Source of the DNA: Chiloscyllium plagiosum | Taxonomy: Eukaryota | Assembly: GCF_004010195.1 (NCBI RefSeq) | Contig: NC_057728.1 | Coordinates: 43,617,989-43,638,828 of the forward strand | Length of the DNA: 20,840 nt | Direction: 5' to 3' | Shown: positions 18,405 to 20,840 of the stretch, piece by piece | Position numbering within the stretch: the stretch's first letter is position 1 | Layout of the letters: every line of letters begins with the position of its first letter | Translations under genes and position numbers: made by a program | Notes under the pieces: generated by a model | What the model saw: only the letters and a program-made list of their open reading frames with translations | What the model was told of the DNA's origin: nothing | The model's database searches: none

Positions 18405-19538
18405 CCTTCAACAAGGTTCTCCATGGGAGAATGGTTAGCAAGGTTAGATCTCATGGAATACAGGGAGAACTAGCCATTTGGATACAAAACTGTCTTTAAT
18501 GTAGAATGCAGAGGGTGGTGGAGGAGGGTTGCTTTTCAGACTGGAGGCCTGTGACCAGTGGTTTGCAACAAGGATTGGTGCTGGGTCCACTGCTTTTCGT
18601 CATTTCAATAAATTATTTGGATGTGAACATAGTTAGTAAGTTTGCAGATGACACAAAATTGGAGATGTGTGAACAGTGAAGATGGTTACCTCAGAGTACA
18701 ACGGGATCCTGATCAGATGGGCCAATGGGCTGAGGAGTGGCAGATGGCGTTTAATTTAGATTAATGTGTGGTGCTGCATTTTAGAAAGGCAAATCAGAGC
18801 AGGACTTATACGCTTAATGGTGAGTCTTTCTGAACTCAGAGACTTTGGAGTGTAGGTTCACAGTTTTGTGAAAGTGGAATTGCAGGTAGTTAGGATATTG
18901 AAAAAGGTGTGCTTTCCTTTATTGGTCAGAGCATTGAGTATAGGAGTTGGGAGGTCATGTTGTGGCTGTACAGGACATTGGTTAGGCCAGTTTTGGAATA
19001 AAGTCTGCAATTCGATGTCCCTCCCATCGGAAGGATGTTGTGAATCATGAAAGGGTTCAGAAAATATTTACAAAGATGTTGCCAGTGTTGGAGGATTTGA
19101 GGTACAGGGAGAGGCTGGATAGGCTGGGATTGTTTTCCGTGCAGCATCAGAAGCTGAGGGGTGATCTTACAGAGGTTTATAAAATCTTAAGGGGCGTCAA
19201 TAGGGTAAATAGACAAGGTGCTTTCCCTGGGGTGGGGGAGCCCAGAACTAGAGGGCATAGGTTTAGGGTGAAAGGGAAAAAGTTTAAAAGGGACCCGAGG
19301 GGCAATTTTTCATGCAAAGAGTGGTGCATGTATGGAATGAGCTGCCACAGGAAGTGGTGGAGGCTTGTACAAATACAAAATGTACAAGGCATCTGAATGG
19401 GTATATGAATAGGAAGGGTTTAGAATGATATGGACTACGTGCTGGCAATTGGGGCTAGACTAGGTTAGGCTATTTGGTCAACATGGACGAATTAGTCCAA
19501 AGGGTCTGTTTCCGTGCAACACATCTCTACGATTCTAA
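18405..19538 (+). mobile_element. HER1/CR1 LINE 3' fragment of the same family, in the opposite orientation
   Basis: FNKVLHGR..VRSHGIQGELAIWIQN..WRPVTSGLQQGLVLGPLLFVI..SKFADDTK (FADD at 18641-18652)..ERVQKIFTKMLPVLEDLRYRERLDRLGLFS. Tail gggtctgtttccgtgc..ctctacgattcta. Confidence 0.93.
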
Positions 19539-19544
19539 TGCAGG

Positions 19545-19800
19545 GAGTCACAGAATCACAGAGAGGGAGGCCATTCAGCTCCTCATGTATGTGTGAGTCC
19601 TTACAAAAATCTGTACACTTTCGTCTCAAACCTCTGTGTTTTCCCCCATTTTTATGCAAATTAATATCAAATGCTATTTTGAAAATTCCTGTGGAATCAA
19701 TTCTAACTGCCCTTTCAGACAACGCATCACAGATTTTAACCACCATCTCTGTAAAAAAGAAACCCTGTTAATTGCCCATGATTTATTTTGCCAATTATCA
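19545..19800 (-). mobile_element. Old CR1-clade LINE 3' tail fragment
   Basis: acagaatcacagagagggaggccattcagc is the reverse tail. The minus-strand ORF VVKICDALSERAVRIDSTGIFKIAFDINL resembles VVxxWNxLPxxAVEAxSxxxFKxxLD. Confidence 0.75.
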
Positions 19801-19801
19801 C

Positions 19802-20011
19802 TGTTATGACACGGAGTAAACCCCTCTGCCAATTTAAACCAACAACACTGAAAAGATTCACCCCGTGCTATAATCTGTTAAACTTGTGAGGCAAAGAACT
19901 ATTCCAGAGGTAAATATTTAAAGTAAAAATTAACAACTTCATTTCTTAAAGTCTAACAGAGAATATTAGCTAATAACGATTTACAACTCGGTTCTCTTAA
20001 ACCTATCTTTT
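19802..20011 (-). mobile_element. Probable LTR end, interrupted by the L1
   Basis: Abrupt start with TGTTATGAC (LTR-type terminus, compare ..ccataac at 8680-8685) that truncates the preceding CR1. Non-coding. Orientation is tentative. Confidence 0.45.
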
Positions 20012-20020
20012 GAGGGGATC

Positions 20021-20032
20021 CAAGATGGCGGC
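20021..20032 (+). promoter_or_regulatory. YY1-type motif at the L1 5' end (internal promoter)
   Basis: CAAGATGGCGGC matches the YY1 consensus (AAnATGGCG) and lies about 10 bp from the element start. Confidence 0.7.
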
Positions 20033-20198
20033 AACCCAGTAAGACTGAGTCTATAGTGCTCCTCCCAAGACTTGGGCACAGTGGGTCACCTACCCCCTAC
20101 CAAGCTCACCAAATCATTTATAAATCATTTATAATAGTTTAGTAACTCAATGTAATGTAATGTAATATTACATTTAAGCAACTTTATCCTAAGTTAAA

Positions 20199-20840
20199 AT
20201 GACTAAAGGGAAGGGAGCCCGCAGCTCTCAGCAAGCAGGAACCCCTCCCCCACACTCTCCAGCTGCAGCAGAGGCATCCACAGCCGCCCCGGGGGACTTA
20301 CCTACAGTAGCAAGTCTTGCAGAAATGCTTTCCAAGCTTGACTCGAAGATCGATGCCTTTATCGTCGAATCCAGGAATCGTTGGGAGTCGCTCTCGGCCG
20401 CGCTGCAGAAGCACGAACGTGAAATTGAAGACATTCAATGCCGAGTCGGAGGGGCAGAGCTAAAGGCTGCGACCTCGGAGACAACCGCTCAATCGGCCGT
20501 GGATCAGGTCCGGACTCTCGAGCAGCGAGTCCGGACCTTGGAAAATCATATTGACGACCTCGATAATCGAGGTCGTCGAAAAAATATTCGTTTGCTGGGC
20601 CTTCCCGAACAGGAAGAGGAAGGCCAGCTTACAGCATTCCTGGAGCAGTGGCTGCCACAACTTTTAAATCTGCAAGCTGGATCAGGCCAGGTAAGGATGG
20701 AATGGGCCTACCGGGTAGCAATACGCAGGCCCGGCTCGAACCAGCGCCCGCGCCCGGTCCTGTTCCAGCTGCAGAGCTACAGGGAGAGGCAGATACTCCT
20801 AGAAGCCTCTAGAAACCTCGGAAAAGACCCCCAAGCTATG
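20199..20840 (+). CDS. L1 ORF1p (coiled coil and RRM, Transposase_22-type), 214 codons, 3'-partial
   Basis: MTKGKGARSSQQAGTPPPHSP..LSKLDSKIDAFI..VRTLEQRVRTLENHIDDLDNRGRRKNIRLLGLPEQEE..FLEQWLPQLL..MEWAYRV..QRPRPVLFQLQSYRERQILLEASR. It contains the DLENRxRRxNxRxxGLPE, xxRAHR-like and RPRP signatures. There is no stop before the window end, so it is absent from the ORF track. Confidence 0.93.
   Translation, partial: MTKGKGARSSQQAGTPPPHSPAAAEASTAAPGDLPTVASLAEMLSKLDSKIDAFIVESRNRWESLSAALQKHEREIEDIQCRVGGAELKAATSETTAQSAVDQVRTLEQRVRTLENHIDDLDNRGRRKNIRLLGLPEQEEEGQLTAFLEQWLPQLLNLQAGSGQVRMEWAYRVAIRRPGSNQRPRPVLFQLQSYRERQILLEASRNLGKDPQAM

Larger units (their letters stand above)
20012..20840 (+). mobile_element. 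5' end of a young L1-clade LINE (5' UTR and ORF1), continuing beyond the window
   Basis: Sharp shift in composition, G-rich start gaggggatccaagatggcggc, a 187-bp UTR, then an uninterrupted CpG-rich ORF1. Confidence 0.92.

Noticed and set aside
20228..20660. Antisense ORFs in the L1 as an ORF0 equivalent
   Set aside because: They lie opposite ORF1 rather than in the 5' UTR, and are expected by chance in GC-rich coding DNA.
1..20840. Prokaryotic RT systems (retron, DGR, group II intron, CRISPR-RT)
   Set aside because: All RT motifs belong to eukaryotic non-LTR retrotransposons (CR1, RTE) and are fragmentary. There is no operon structure or array.

Overview
Eukaryotic genomic DNA, almost certainly from a cartilaginous fish. 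It carries HE1-type V-SINEs and HER1/CR1 LINEs typical of sharks. No intact host gene is visible. Most of the window from about 3.2 kb onward is stacked transposable elements: many CR1-clade LINE fragments on both strands, two RTE fragments, two HE1 SINEs, three Penelope-derived pieces (GIY-YIG ORF, inverted repeats, hammerhead-ribozyme motifs), an internally deleted hAT/Charlie DNA transposon, two probable LTRs, and the 5' end of a young L1 whose ORF1 is open to the window edge and absent from the ORF track. The main non-TE signal is at about 39-2985 (+). Reading across stops and frameshifts gives, in order, a signal peptide, several leucine-rich-repeat motifs (including an internal ~530-bp duplication), an LRR-CT-like cysteine cluster, a hydrophobic stretch and TIR-like motifs. 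This fits a heavily decayed single-exon Toll-like-receptor-type pseudogene, split between its membrane and TIR regions by an RTE LINE that itself contains an HE1 SINE. All calls come from manual reading and motif recognition; no searches were run, and element boundaries are approximate.
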